18,064 nucleotides of DNA from Treponemataceae bacterium (GTDB lineage: Bacteria; Spirochaetota; Spirochaetia; Treponematales; Rectinemataceae): contig CAXXGJ010000001.1 in assembly GCA_963677895.2 (NCBI GenBank), forward strand, positions 1 to 18,064. Reading direction: 5' to 3'. Positions 1 through 10,004 of this stretch are shown here, piece after piece (positions within the stretch are counted from its first letter, which is position 1; every line of letters begins with the position of its first letter). The position numbers were made by a program, and so were the translations under genes. The notes below the pieces were generated by a model. The model was not told the origin of the DNA. It did no database searches and worked only from the letters and a program-made list of their open reading frames with translations.

Positions 1-1065
1 GGAATCGGGCGGCGTCGACTTCATCGTCGGCGGCATCGTGAAGCGCTTCCACGCGAGCCGCTTTCTCTGCCTGCTTTTCCTCACCTTCATCCTCCTCATC
101 CCGGGCGCCCTCACGGGCTCCGGCTCGGTGACGGTCCTGGTGGTCGGGGGCCCTCGCCTCGAAGGTCCTCGCCGAAATGGGCATTCCGAAACAGAAGGTC
201 ACCGCGATAATCTTTCTCTGCGCCGCGATGAGCGCGGCCGCGCCGCCGGTGAACCTTTGGCGATGATGGCGGCTGCGGGTTCGTACATGCCTTACGTCGG
301 TTTCATAGGGCCCCTCGGAGCCCTGTCGATCGCCGGCGCTCTCTTCAGCATGTTCTGGCTGGGCTGGAAAGGCACGCCGATCGACGCCGAAAAGGTTCTC
401 GCCGATATCAAGATAGACGCGAAGATGCGGGCCTGGAGGTGGCGCTTCCCTTCGTCGTCTCATCGCCCTTATCGCCCTGTCGAGGATATTCCCTTATTCC
501 TTCCCGATCCTGGGGCTTCCTCTCTGTTTCATGATTTCCGGCGCCGTCGCCGGGCCACGAGCACGAAAAGCTCGCGGTCTTCCAGATAGCGCGGGATAAC
601 GGTGGAGAAGCTTTTGCGCTGATAGGCATGATGATCGTGGTCGGGAATCCTGGCGCAGGTGATGAGCCTGAGCGGCGTCAGGGGGCTTATCTCGCTCAGC
701 GTCGTCACGCTTCCCCTCGTCGTCATCATAGCGGCCCTTTTTCCTCATCCTGCCTTTCTCCGAGGGGCTGGTGCAGTACGCAGCGGCGCCGCTGCTGGGC
801 GTCCCCCTCATCCTCCTTTTCAACATGAAGGGTATCAATCCCGTTGTCGCCCTCTCCGCGATGGCGGTGATGTGGCCGATAGGCGACATGCTTCCGCCAC
901 CCTGGTCGTGGGCCGCGCGGCGGTGATGGTCACTTCTTACGATGGGGCCGTACTACCGCGGTTTCGTGAAGGCGACGATTGTCCCCGTGCTTTTCATAAT
1001 GGCGCTTTCCAACCTTGGTCGTCATTTTCAGCAACCAGCTCAAGTTCCTCACGGTCTTGGGTTGA
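1..1065 (+). CDS. TRAP DctM-like / ion-transporter superfamily large permease, 5'-truncated by window edge, several apparent frameshift errors
   Basis: Frames join into a hydrophobic multi-TM protein: ESGGVDFIV...LLIPGALTGSGSVTVLVVGG / EMGIPKQKVTAIIFLCAAMSAAAPPVNL / AMMAAAGSYMPYVGF / MIVVGILAQVMSLSGVRGLISLSVVTLP / VQYAAAPLLGVPLILLFNMKGINPVVALSAMAVMWPIGDMLPP / YRGFVKATIVPVLFIMAL...IFSNQLKFLTVLG, stop TGA 1063-1065. Confidence 0.7.
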
Positions 1066-1080
1066 GGGGAAGGGAATGCC

Positions 1081-1236
1081 ATGAACGATGCGGTGATGAT
1101 TCTGTACTACGCGATGACGGCTTTTTTCGCGGTCTGCCTCGCGTGGAATTTCGTCAAGACAAAGAACCTGCAGAAAGCGCTCCTTTACCTGGTCGTGCTG
1201 ATGCCCTTCGTCATGCGGCTCATCAGGCTCAAATGA
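1081..1236 (+). CDS. Small 51-aa two-TM membrane protein (not in ORF track)
   Basis: ATG 1081 to TGA 1234-1236 reads MNDAVMILYYAMTAFFAVCLAWNFVKTKNLQKALLYLVVLMPFVMRLIRLK. Purine-rich RBS (GAGGGGAAGGGA) upstream, two hydrophobic segments, GC3-rich codons, and it fills the gap between two operon genes. Confidence 0.8.
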   Translation: MNDAVMILYYAMTAFFAVCLAWNFVKTKNLQKALLYLVVLMPFVMRLIRLK

Positions 1237-1253
1237 CGGCGGGGAGGAATACC

Positions 1254-2426
1254 ATGAAAATTGAAGCAAAAAACGCGACGATACTGAAGGTTCTTGCGCT
1301 GGTCCTCTGGCTTGGGGTGATGGCTTTCGCGGGCAAGGCTTTCTACGACCATCGGAACTGGAAAGAGACCGTGGTCCTGGGCCCGGGCGTCACCTCGACG
1401 CGATCGCTGCACGAATGGTTCGCCCCGCTCGCGGGCTCGACGAACGACTGCAACGTCTACGTCCTCGACTCGGGTGTACCCGGCTCGACGATCCTCGTGC
1501 TCGGGGGAACCCACCCCGAGGAACCGGCCACCACCCTCGCCGCCGAACTCCTGGTGGAGAACACCAGACCCACAAGCGGCAGGCTCATGGTCGCCATCCA
1601 CACGAACCGCAGCGCTTCCACGGTCACGAGGCCGGGCGAAGCCTATCCGCAGTTCTATTCGATCAGACGGACTGGGGGCAGAAAAAATACCGCATGGCGA
1701 CCGTTCGGGCCAATCCCCTGGATTCCGGGCCCGACCCCGAAACCTATGTGCATTTCCCCAGCGGCCAGATGCTTGCCTATATGGATATCCGCAACATCAA
1801 CAGGACTTGGCCGGGCAGGCCCGACGGCCTCATCTGCGAGCGGACGGCCTTCGCCTTCATGGAGATGATACGGAAGGAGAAGGTGGATCTCGTCATCGAC
1901 CTCCACGAGGCCGAGCTGAATACCCCGTCATCGGCACCATCGTTGCGCACCAGAAGGCCCAGGAAATCGCGGCGATGGCTTCGATGGAGCTTTCCGCGAG
2001 CGAGTTCAGGATCGGGATGGAGGTGTCGCCGAGATCCCTCCACGGGCTCACGCACCGCGAGATTGGCGATTTTTCCGACGCGACCGCCCTCCTCTTTGAA
2101 TCCCCCGAACCTTTCCTCGACCGCGTCAGGGGGGCGACGAACGAAAAGCTCCTCCTCACCGGCCAGGACGACTTCGTCCCTCAAGGCCGGAAAGGCAGGG
2201 CTCCTCTACTGGCCGATCGACGAAAAGGGCTGGCCCATCGAGGTGCGAGTCGGCAGGCATGTTACGACCATCGAGAAAGTGCTCGAAGTTTGGGGCATGA
2301 TGTATCCCGAGAAACCGATCGCCATCGACGGGCTGCCTTCCTACGCGGAATTGACGGAGAAGGGCGTGGGCGCCTTCTTCGCCGATCCCTCGGCGCTGGG
2401 CGAAGGATAGAGTGGCGCTGGAATAA
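1254..2426 (+). CDS. M14 family (succinylglutamate desuccinylase/aspartoacylase-like) Zn hydrolase with N-terminal membrane anchor; frameshifted near 1665, 1917, 2179 and probably 2399
   Basis: GGAGGA RBS before ATG 1254. N-terminal TM segment ILKVLALVLWLGVMAFAG. Motifs GGTHPEE (HxxE Zn ligands), RNINRTWPG and VIDLHEAE. Stop is TAG 2408-2410 as read, or TAA 2424-2426 (...AKDRVALE*) if one extra G is removed. Confidence 0.8.
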
Positions 2427-2570
2427 CCCGCGGCAGACTGCCCGCCCGCCCAAAGACCGAAACTCCTCACCCCGAAACCGATAAACCGAAGGGTCGCAAC
2501 CCCCGAAGCGCCGAGACTCGGCGCCCAACCTCCGCCTATGCCGAAAAGAATCAGCGGTAAAAGCATTTTG

Positions 2571-2601
2571 TTGACAAGCGCGATAAGTCGTGCTTTACTT
2601 T
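2571..2601 (+). promoter_or_regulatory. Sigma70-type promoter of the ABC/sulfoquinovosidase operon
   Basis: Perfect TTGACA at 2571-2576. Candidate extended -10 TG-c-TTTACT (2591-2599, 17-bp spacer) in an AT-rich island about 65 bp upstream of the ATG at 2666. Confidence 0.65.
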
Positions 2602-2616
2602 CTTTTGATAAGTAAA
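2594..2616. promoter_or_regulatory. Palindromic operator (candidate ROK repressor site 1)
   Basis: TTTACTT-tcttttgat-AAGTAAA is a perfect 7-N9-7 inverted repeat overlapping the -10/+1 region. Its 21-bp core is 17/21 identical to 17214-17234. Confidence 0.7.
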
Positions 2617-2665
2617 TATTTCAAAGGCTGTGATTTTGCAGCCAGAAAGCTGGAAGGAGGAGAAG

Positions 2666-3950
2666 ATGAAGAAAGCGTATATCGCGCTTGTGCTCGCCCT
2701 TGCCCTTGTCGCGGGGCTCTCGGCGCAGACAATCAACGTTCTGTTCTGGGATGACGCCTATCCGAGAACGCTCATGGAAAGGATTCCGGAGTTCGAGAAG
2801 GCTACCGGGATCAAGGTCAATTTCGAAATCCTCCCAGCCGCCCCAAGTGTTCACCAAGACCTCGGTGAGCGTGACGAAGGAGAGGACCGACTACGATCTC
2901 GTTTGTATCGATGAAGGCAACATCCCCCTCTTCGCCTCCCTCATGCTGCCCTACGACCAGTGGGCACCCGGCAAGGTCTTCAAGAAGGGTCGATCCCAAC
3001 ACCGTGACCCCCGCCATGCTCGATGTCGCCCAGTGGGACGGCAAGCTCATCGGTCTGCCCATCAACGGCAACCTCTATGTATGGATGACCCGCAAAGACC
3101 TTGTGGAAAATCCTAAATACAAGGCCGACTTCAAGGCCCAGTATGGCTATGAGCTTACGGTTCCCCAGACCTTCCAGCAGATGCTCGACGCGGGTACCTT
3201 CTTCCAGAAGAACGGCATCGTCTCTGGCGGCTTCGGTCCCTTCAACGGCGGACCGGCCGGCGTCTTTGGCGAAGCGATCTTCATGTATGAATCCTACGGC
3301 ACCAAGTTCATCGAGTGGCAGGGCGGAAAACCCGTCCTCGTGGTGGACAAGGCCAAGGCTATTCAGGGAATGGAAGTCTACAAGAAGCTGATGGCGATCT
3401 CCCCCAAGGGCGCCGAGACCATGGCCCACGTCGAGCGCCAGGCCGCGTTCTGCGCCGATCCCAAGGGCGTCTTCACCCAGTTCATTTGGCCGGCCCAGAT
3501 CGCCAGCTATGAGGATCCCGACAAGTCCCTTGTGGCGGGCAAGATTCTCTATTCCGCTCCCCCGGCAGGTCCATTCGGCCGTTACGCCGTCCGCGGAACC
3601 TGGGCTGTCAACATTCCCATGGCGTCGAAGAACAGGACGCGGCGGCGGAATTCGTGTACTGGTGGGCTTCCAAGGACATAGCGTCCTGGCTCGTCGAGAA
3701 GAACACCGTCCCCGCGAGGACCGACGCCCTCACCGATCCCAAATTCGCCAAGTCGAAGCCATGGCTCGCCGCCATCGCAGAATCGATGAAGTATGCCGCC
3801 GCTCGCCCCAGGTTCAAGGAAGTTGCGCAGGTACAGGATATTGTGAAAAAATACTGGATCATGGGTATAACGGGACAGATGCCGACCGATCAGGCAACGC
3901 AGAAAATCATCGACGAGACGAATGATGTCCTCAAGAAAGCCGGATACTGA
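2666..3950 (+). CDS. Carbohydrate ABC transporter (CUT1) solute-binding protein, predicted SQ/SQ-glycerol binding; frameshifts near 2834, 2988, 3633
   Basis: AAGGAGG RBS; signal peptide MKKAYIALVLALALVAGLSA|Q. SBP_bac_1-like segments: IPEFEKATGIKVNFEIL, DYDLVCID, DGKLIGLPINGNLYVWMTRKDL, VPQTFQQMLDAG, AAAEFVYW. Stop TGA 3948-3950. Substrate inferred from context. Confidence 0.85.
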
Positions 3951-4865
3951 CGGCGTCTCTGTCTCCCTTATAAAAGGAAAGGCGCGGCACCGCGCGCCTT
4001 TCCTTTTTCTGTTGCCCGCGCTCCTCGTCGTGTTCGCGGTGCTCATCTTCCCGATCGTTTTTTCCTTCTTCGTCTCCGGTTTCAACTGGCCGCTCTCCGA
4101 GGGCGCGGGAGTAAGGAAATTCGTGGGCTTGGGCAACTACCTCGCCCTCTCGGTGGATCCCGAGTTCTGGAACAGCCTCAAGCTCCAGCTGGGATTCATC
4201 TTCATAGCGATCCCTATCGAGCTGCTTTTCGGCTTCGCCGCCGCCTCCTCCTCAACAGGGAATTTTTCGGCGCTCGACTGGTGCGGAGTCTTCTCCTCCT
4301 TCCCGTCTTCTTCCTGCCCATACTTTCGGGCATGACCTGGCGCTTCATGCTCCAGCCCCGGTACGGACCCCTCAATGCCCTTCTCCTGAAACTGGGGGCA
4401 CCGGAGATCACCTGGCTGGGGCGCCCGGTGACGGCCTACGCGGCCATCATCGTCCAGGATATCTGGCGCATGTGGCCATTCATGTTCATGCTCCTCTACG
4501 CCGGGCTCACCTCGATTCCCCAGGAAATCAACGAGGCGGCCGAGATCGACGGGGCGGGATTCTGGCTGAAACTCCGTTCGATAACGATACCGATGCTCAC
4601 CCCCACGATAATGACGGCTGTCCTTCTCAGGATCATCGATGCGCTGCGCGTGTTCAGCGAAGTCTACGTGATGACCGAGGGCGGTCCTGGTTCCTCGACG
4701 ACCCTCTTTTCGCTCTATACGCATAGACAGGCTTTCGGCTACCAGAAGGTGGGCATGGCGAGCGCCATGGCGATATTCCTCCTCGTGATCTCCATCGCCT
4801 TCGCCCTCACCCTTGTACGAAAGAACATGAGCCTCGATTCCCTCGAGGAAAAGGCTGGCGGTTGA
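3922..4865 (+). CDS. Carbohydrate ABC transporter permease (MalF/UgpA-like); start uncertain (3922 to about 3960); frameshift near 4244
   Basis: FLFLLPALLVV...FVGLGNY...DPEFWNSL; WRFMLQPRYGPLN; EAA loop IPQEINEAAEIDGAGFWLKLRSITIPML; VYVMTEGGPG. Stop TGA 4863-4865. Confidence 0.88.
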
Positions 4866-5699
4866 TGAAGCGCAACAAGCGAAAAATCCTCGTCAATTCA
4901 CTCATCGCCGTCGTCGCCTTCGCCGTGCTGGCCATCGAGCTCTATCCGATAGCGATCACCGTGATAAACGGATTCCGGCGCGACATCGTCATCCTCTCGG
5001 GCCAGCCATTCAAATTCTCCCAGCTCACGCTGCGAAGCTATCAGATGGTGCTCAAGAATACCGGTTTTCAGGTGGGGATGAAGAACAGCGTCATCATCGG
5101 CCTGCTTGTCCACGGGCATTTCGGTGTTCATAGGCGCGATGGCTTCCTATGGGATCGCCCGGTTCCGCTTTTCCTGGCGAAATGGGCTCGCCTACAGCTT
5201 CCTCGTCTTCAGGATGCTCCCGCAGATTTCCCTCGTCATCGCCCTCTACCTCATGTTTTCGTTCGTGGGCATCCGCGACACGATAGGGGGGATAACCCTC
5301 GCCCACACGAGTTTCAACGTGCCCTATGTGATATGGCTCCTCCTCCCCTTCTTCACGGCGGTCGACAAGGCCTACGAGGAGGCGGCGATGGTGGATGGCT
5401 GTACCCGGGGCGGCGTCTTCTTCAGGATTTTCCTGCCGATCGTGGCGCCAGGCCTTGTGGTGGCTGGCGTTTTCGCCTTCCTCAATTCGTGGAACGAATT
5501 CCTCTACGCCCTCATTCTCACCGGGGTGAATGCCAAGACGGCGCCCATAGCGATCAACGGCCTTCTGGGCGGCGAAACCCTCACCTGGGGCCAAGCCTGC
5601 GCGGCGGGCACCCTCATGCTTGTGCCGGTTTTCTTCTTCACCCTGGGCATGCAGAAATTCCTGATCCGCGGCATCACCGCCGGCGGCGTCAAAGGTTGA
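4865..5699 (+). CDS. Carbohydrate ABC transporter permease (MalG/UgpE-like); frameshift near 5107
   Basis: ATG overlaps the upstream stop (TGATG). Motifs MASYGIARFRF, EAA loop YEEAAMVDGCTRGGVFFRIFLP, FLNSWNEFLYALILT, C-terminal QKFLIRGITAGGVKG*. Confidence 0.9.
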
Positions 5700-5703
5700 T
5701 GAC

Positions 5704-7745
5704 ATGAATCTCGGCGCTCCCAGGCTCAAGCTCGATTCATCCGGGTTCTCGCTCGCCGATTCGGCGGGCAGGATTTTCCTCGCGCATTCGCCCGAATTCC
5801 CCCTCCTCTATATGGGTACGGGATCGGCGCGGATAAGCATGAATTGCGGAAACTTCGACATACGCGACGATATCAGGGAACTGTACGCGCTCCGCGACAT
5901 GAGGCCCGATACGGCTCATGGGGAAATCTTTGGCGCGGTTTTTACGGCTTGCGGGCAGGGCGTCGTGCGGATGGGGATTCGCCTGGCGGAGCGCGGAAGG
6001 GTGGCCGTGTCTTTCACCCAGGGAGAGGGTGGCGACCGCTTCAGGATCGCCCTGCCCGCGACCTCCGACGAGCATATCTACGGCTGCGGGGAACAGTTTT
6101 CGCATTTCGACCTGCGGGGGAAGGACTTTCCGCTCTGGACGAGCGAGCAGGGCGTGGGAAGGAACAAATCCACAAGGGTGACGATGGAAGCCGACCTCGC
6201 CGGCAAATCGGGCGGGGATTTACTGGTGGACATTCTTTCCCCAGCCTTCCTTCGTGTCGAGCGCGGGCTATTGGTGCCATATGGATTCCTCGGCTTACGC
6301 CGTCTTCGATTTCCGCCGCCCTGACAGGCACGAGCTCTATACCTGGTCGCTTCCATCGAGCCTGGTGTTCGGCGGGCGCGACTCCATGGCCGAGATCCTC
6401 GAGGATCAGTCCGAGTATTTCGGCAGACAGGCGACCCAGCCCGACTGGACCTATGACGGCCTGATCCTGGGCATCCAGGGCGGCACCGATGCCTGCGCCC
6501 GGAGGCTGGACATGGCGCGCAAGGCCGGCGTTCCCGTGGCGGGCATCTGGGCCCAGGACTGGGAAGGCATCAACATGACGAGCTTCGGGCAGAGGCTCCG
6601 CTGGGATTGGGTATGGAACCGCGAACGCTATCCGGGCCTGGATAAGGCCATCGCCGCCTGGAAGGACGAGGGAGTGCGCTTCCTCGCCTACGCCAACTGC
6701 TATGTGGGAAAGGGCTGGACGCTCTGCGAGGAAGCGGCGCGGCGAGGCTTCCTCGTCAAGAATTCCCTTGGGGAAGACTATTACGTCGATTTTGGGGAGT
6801 TCTACGCGGGTATTCCCGACCTGACCAATCCCGAGGCCTTCGACTGGTTTGCCGATGCCCTCCGAAAGAACATGATCGACCTCGGCATGGGCGGATGGAT
6901 GGCCGATTTCGGCGAATATCTCCCCACCGACGCGGTGTTGTGGGATGGAACGCCCGCCTTGTTGGCGCATAACCTGTGGCCGGCCTTGTGGGCCAAATGC
7001 AATCACGAGGCGGTGCGGAAGGCCGGCGCCCAGAACGAAGTACTCTACTTCATGCGGGCCGGCTTCACGGGAAGCCAGCGCTGGTGTCCCATGATGTGGG
7101 GAGGCGACCAGAACGTCGATTGGTCGCGGGACGACGGGTTGCCCTCGGCTGTCCGCGGCGCGCTCTCGCTCGCGATGAGCGGTCATGGCGTCCATCACAG
7201 CGATATCGGCGGCTATACGACGCTCTACGGCATGGCGCGAACCAGGGAACTCTTCATGCGCTGGGCGGAACAGGCCGCCTTCAGTCCCTTGATGCGGACC
7301 CACGAGGGAAACCGTCCCAAGGACAACTGGCAGTTCGATTCTGACGCGGTGACGCTCGCCCATCTGGCCCGCATGGGACGCGCGCATGTGGCGCTCAAGC
7401 CCTACCTCCGCTCCCTCGCGGCCGAGAACGCCGAGCGGGGCATCCCGATGATGAGGCCGATGTTCCTGGAATTCCCCGAAGACGAGGCTTTCTGGACCAT
7501 CGACGATCAGTACATGCTGGGTCCGGACCTCCTCGTGGCACCTGTCATGGTGGAGGGAGCCGTGTCGCGAAGCCTGCGGCTGCCCGCCGGGGAGTGGAAG
7601 GATTTCTGGACCGGGGATTCGGTGAAGGCGGGGGGCGCGGCCGGGAATCTAGTCGTGGATGCGCCGCTCGGAAAACCTCCGGTATTCGTCAGGGGCGGGC
7701 AGGACGGAAAATTCGACGGGATTGCCCCGAGCGATCTTACACTAA
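5704..7745 (+). CDS. yihQ: Sulfoquinovosidase (GH31, YihQ-like); frameshift near 6220; 3' end at 7745 if an extra C near 7726 is removed, otherwise 7822
   Basis: DEHIYGCGEQFSHFDLRGK...WTSEQGVGRNK; sulfonate-pocket segment GIWAQDWEGINMTSFGQRLRWDW (Q, R, W); nucleophile motif WMADFGEYLP; acid/base motif WGGDQNVDWS; HSDIGGYTTL (Y); RTHEGNRP. All closely match E. coli YihQ as recalled. Confidence 0.93.
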
Positions 7746-8498
7746 TACCTCAATATTTTCCCCCAGTATTCCCACAAAGGCGCCCTTTTCCACGAGAGGT
7801 TTCCGTTCGGGGTGGGCTATGAGCCATTTGTTCTTCATGAAGAGGAATCGGGCTTCGGGGACGAGTTCGGCTGAGGGAGGCGCTCCGAGCGAGACGGCAG
7901 CCCTGGGCGGGGCAGCGAGCTGGGCGTTGAGCGGGGCCTTTGGCGCGAACCCGGAGGGTAGCGCGTCGTTCGTGCCCCGAGGCAGGACGATGATGCTCTT
8001 GAATCCCTCGGGATGCGCCCTGCAGGGGGAAAAGTGAAGGACTTCGGGCAGGAGCTCGATGGCCGCGCCCCTGGGGACGAAAAAGCATGTCAAAAGCGAA
8101 GAATCGATATGGCCGGATTCGTCGATGTCGGCCCTGGATCCCAGCAGGAGCGCCAAGTCCGTGACGGCGATGTCGATTTCGGCTGACTTGTGCCACTCCA
8201 CGGCGTTCAGCCTGGAGTTGGGGCCGTTGCAGTAACCGATCTGGATGTCAGCAAGACCGAAATACAGTCCCAAACGTTCGATATACGGCGACGCTTCCAA
8301 GTCCGCGCAACTGGCGACATAGCGATTGGCCTGCGGATCGATGTCGGTGATCCTGTCGGCCAGTTCAGCCAGTTCGGAAAAATCTTCCAGAAGCACCCGT
8401 CCGAAACGGCCGAATCTTGAATCGGCGAGATCGCGTATCGCGAGCCTTGGATTGGCGAGGCGGAGCCGCTCGAGTGTTGCTTTCGAACTCAGCATCAT
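7737..8498 (-). CDS. DUF4867 family cupin-like protein (SftX/SqvB-like, recurrent in sulfoglycolysis clusters)
   Basis: Intact 253-aa ORF with AGGAG RBS. Motifs QIGYCNGPNSRLNAVEWHKSAEI, EVLHFSPC, IVLPRGTN, LFMKNKWLIAHPE, GAFVGILGENI. Confidence 0.82.
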   Translation of the reverse strand: MMLSSKATLERLRLANPRLAIRDLADSRFGRFGRVLLEDFSELAELADRITDIDPQANRYVASCADLEASPYIERLGLYFGLADIQIGYCNGPNSRLNAVEWHKSAEIDIAVTDLALLLGSRADIDESGHIDSSLLTCFFVPRGAAIELLPEVLHFSPCRAHPEGFKSIIVLPRGTNDALPSGFAPKAPLNAQLAAPPRAAVSLGAPPSAELVPEARFLFMKNKWLIAHPERKPLVEKGAFVGILGENIEVLV

Positions 8499-8546
8499 TT
8501 CTATTCTCCTGGTTGCTTGTTTGCCTGGTGGCTTGGTTTGAAAGCC

Positions 8547-10004
8547 TCAGCGTCCCGCCGCCGGGCCGAAGATCGGGCCCAGGAGGGAAAAGACCGAAGC
8601 TATGGCGAAGGCCGCGGCGAGGGCGAGGACGATGCCTGCTTTCGCCATGTCCTTTATACTGAAATATCCCGTGGTATAGGGGATGACATTGACCGGCGAG
8701 GTCGTGACGAGGATGACCGCGAGGTTTGAGGCGAAGGCCGCGGCGAGGGCGAGGAGGCGGGCGTCGATGGAGAGGCTTGTTCCCAGGGCGAGGACAAGGG
8801 GTACGATGATGGTTCCGGTGAGCGTGTTGGAGGAGAAGACGACTTTTATGATGAACACGCCCAGGACGACGGCGACGAGACGCCAGAACGCGGGCAAGCC
8901 GCCTATGCCGCCCAGCACCGCCGCCGACACCCATGATGCCGCGCCGCTTTTATAGAGGCTCATTCCCAGGCAGATGCCCGTCGCTATGAGAAGGATACCC
9001 GCCCAATCGATGTCCTTCTGGATGTCCTTCCACGCGAAACCCGCCGAGCCCGGCAGGAATAGGAGGACGACCGCCAGAAGTGCCCCCATCGAAATGGGGA
9101 TCTTGAATCCGAGGATTTTTCCGAGCGTGGGTGACAGTATCCAGAAGAGAATGGTCAAGGCGAAGACGATGCCCGTGGCGATTTCCTGCCGGGAGAATGG
9201 CTTTTGGGAGGAAAATTCGCCTCGGAGCTCTTCCTTCCCTCGGGTAAGGCGGGCATGTTCAGGGGGGAAGAAGAGAATAATGACGAGCCAGGCAAGGGGG
9301 AGGAGGATGAGGAGGGTCGGGATGCCGAAAGCCATCCAATCCAGGAACCCGATGTTGTAGCCGGCGACTTCGGAGAGGAACCGTACCGCTATGGGATTCG
9401 AGCCCGAGCCGGCGGGCGTGCCGAGCGCGCCGAGGAGAGCGCCCCAGGCCACCGCCATCATGAGGGCCTTGCCGAAGCGGCTTTCGCCGGGTTTCTCGCC
9501 TTCATCCTGGAGGATGCCGAGCGCCAGGGGCATGAGCATGGCCGAGGAGGCGAGCGCGGTGATCCACATGCTTAAGAAGGCTCCCGCGGCGAGGAAGCCG
9601 AATATGATGGCGCGCGTCGAGTCGCCGGTGAGGGAGAGGACGAGGAGGGAGAAGCGCTTGGCGAGACCGGATCGCCCCAGGCAAGCGGCCAGGACCAGGA
9701 CGCCGATGAAGAAAATGATGACGTCGTCGCCGAAGCCGGCGCGGATGATGTCGGTGTAGGAGCCGCCGCCGAGGAGGGCCAGAAGGAGTATGGCGGCGAG
9801 CCCGGTGATGTGGAAGGGAAGGGCCTCGGCGATCCAGAGAACGAGGGCGAAAGCCAGGACGGCCAGGGAAATCCGGCCCTGGGTTTCCAGGGTGGCGCCC
9901 CGGATGGTGCGCAGAGATTCAGGAATTGGCAGCAGGCAGACAAGGGCGAGGAGGGCGAAACCGCCGAGGATCGCCCAATTTTTGCCGCCTGACAGACGTT
10001 TCAT
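8547..10004 (-). CDS. DASS/SLC13 family anion transporter (candidate sulfoacetate exporter), 485 aa
   Basis: ATG 10004 (MKRLSGG...) overlaps the repaired upstream stop. Motifs LWIAEALPFHITGL, SGLAKRFSL, FLSMWIT, LGALGTPAGSGSNPIA, IDWAGILLIATG, VFSSNT, TSPVNVIPYTTGYFSIKDMAKAG. Confidence 0.88.
   Translation of the reverse strand: MKRLSGGKNWAILGGFALLALVCLLPIPESLRTIRGATLETQGRISLAVLAFALVLWIAEALPFHITGLAAILLLALLGGGSYTDIIRAGFGDDVIIFFIGVLVLAACLGRSGLAKRFSLLVLSLTGDSTRAIIFGFLAAGAFLSMWITALASSAMLMPLALGILQDEGEKPGESRFGKALMMAVAWGALLGALGTPAGSGSNPIAVRFLSEVAGYNIGFLDWMAFGIPTLLILLPLAWLVIILFFPPEHARLTRGKEELRGEFSSQKPFSRQEIATGIVFALTILFWILSPTLGKILGFKIPISMGALLAVVLLFLPGSAGFAWKDIQKDIDWAGILLIATGICLGMSLYKSGAASWVSAAVLGGIGGLPAFWRLVAVVLGVFIIKVVFSSNTLTGTIIVPLVLALGTSLSIDARLLALAAAFASNLAVILVTTSPVNVIPYTTGYFSIKDMAKAGIVLALAAAFAIASVFSLLGPIFGPAAGR

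Noticed and set aside
8508..8540. Imperfect tandem repeat CCTGGTTGCTTGTTTG / CCTGGTGGCTTGGTTTG between DASS and DUF4867
   Set aside because: Only two degenerate copies with no spacer, so not CRISPR-like; most likely a local duplication.
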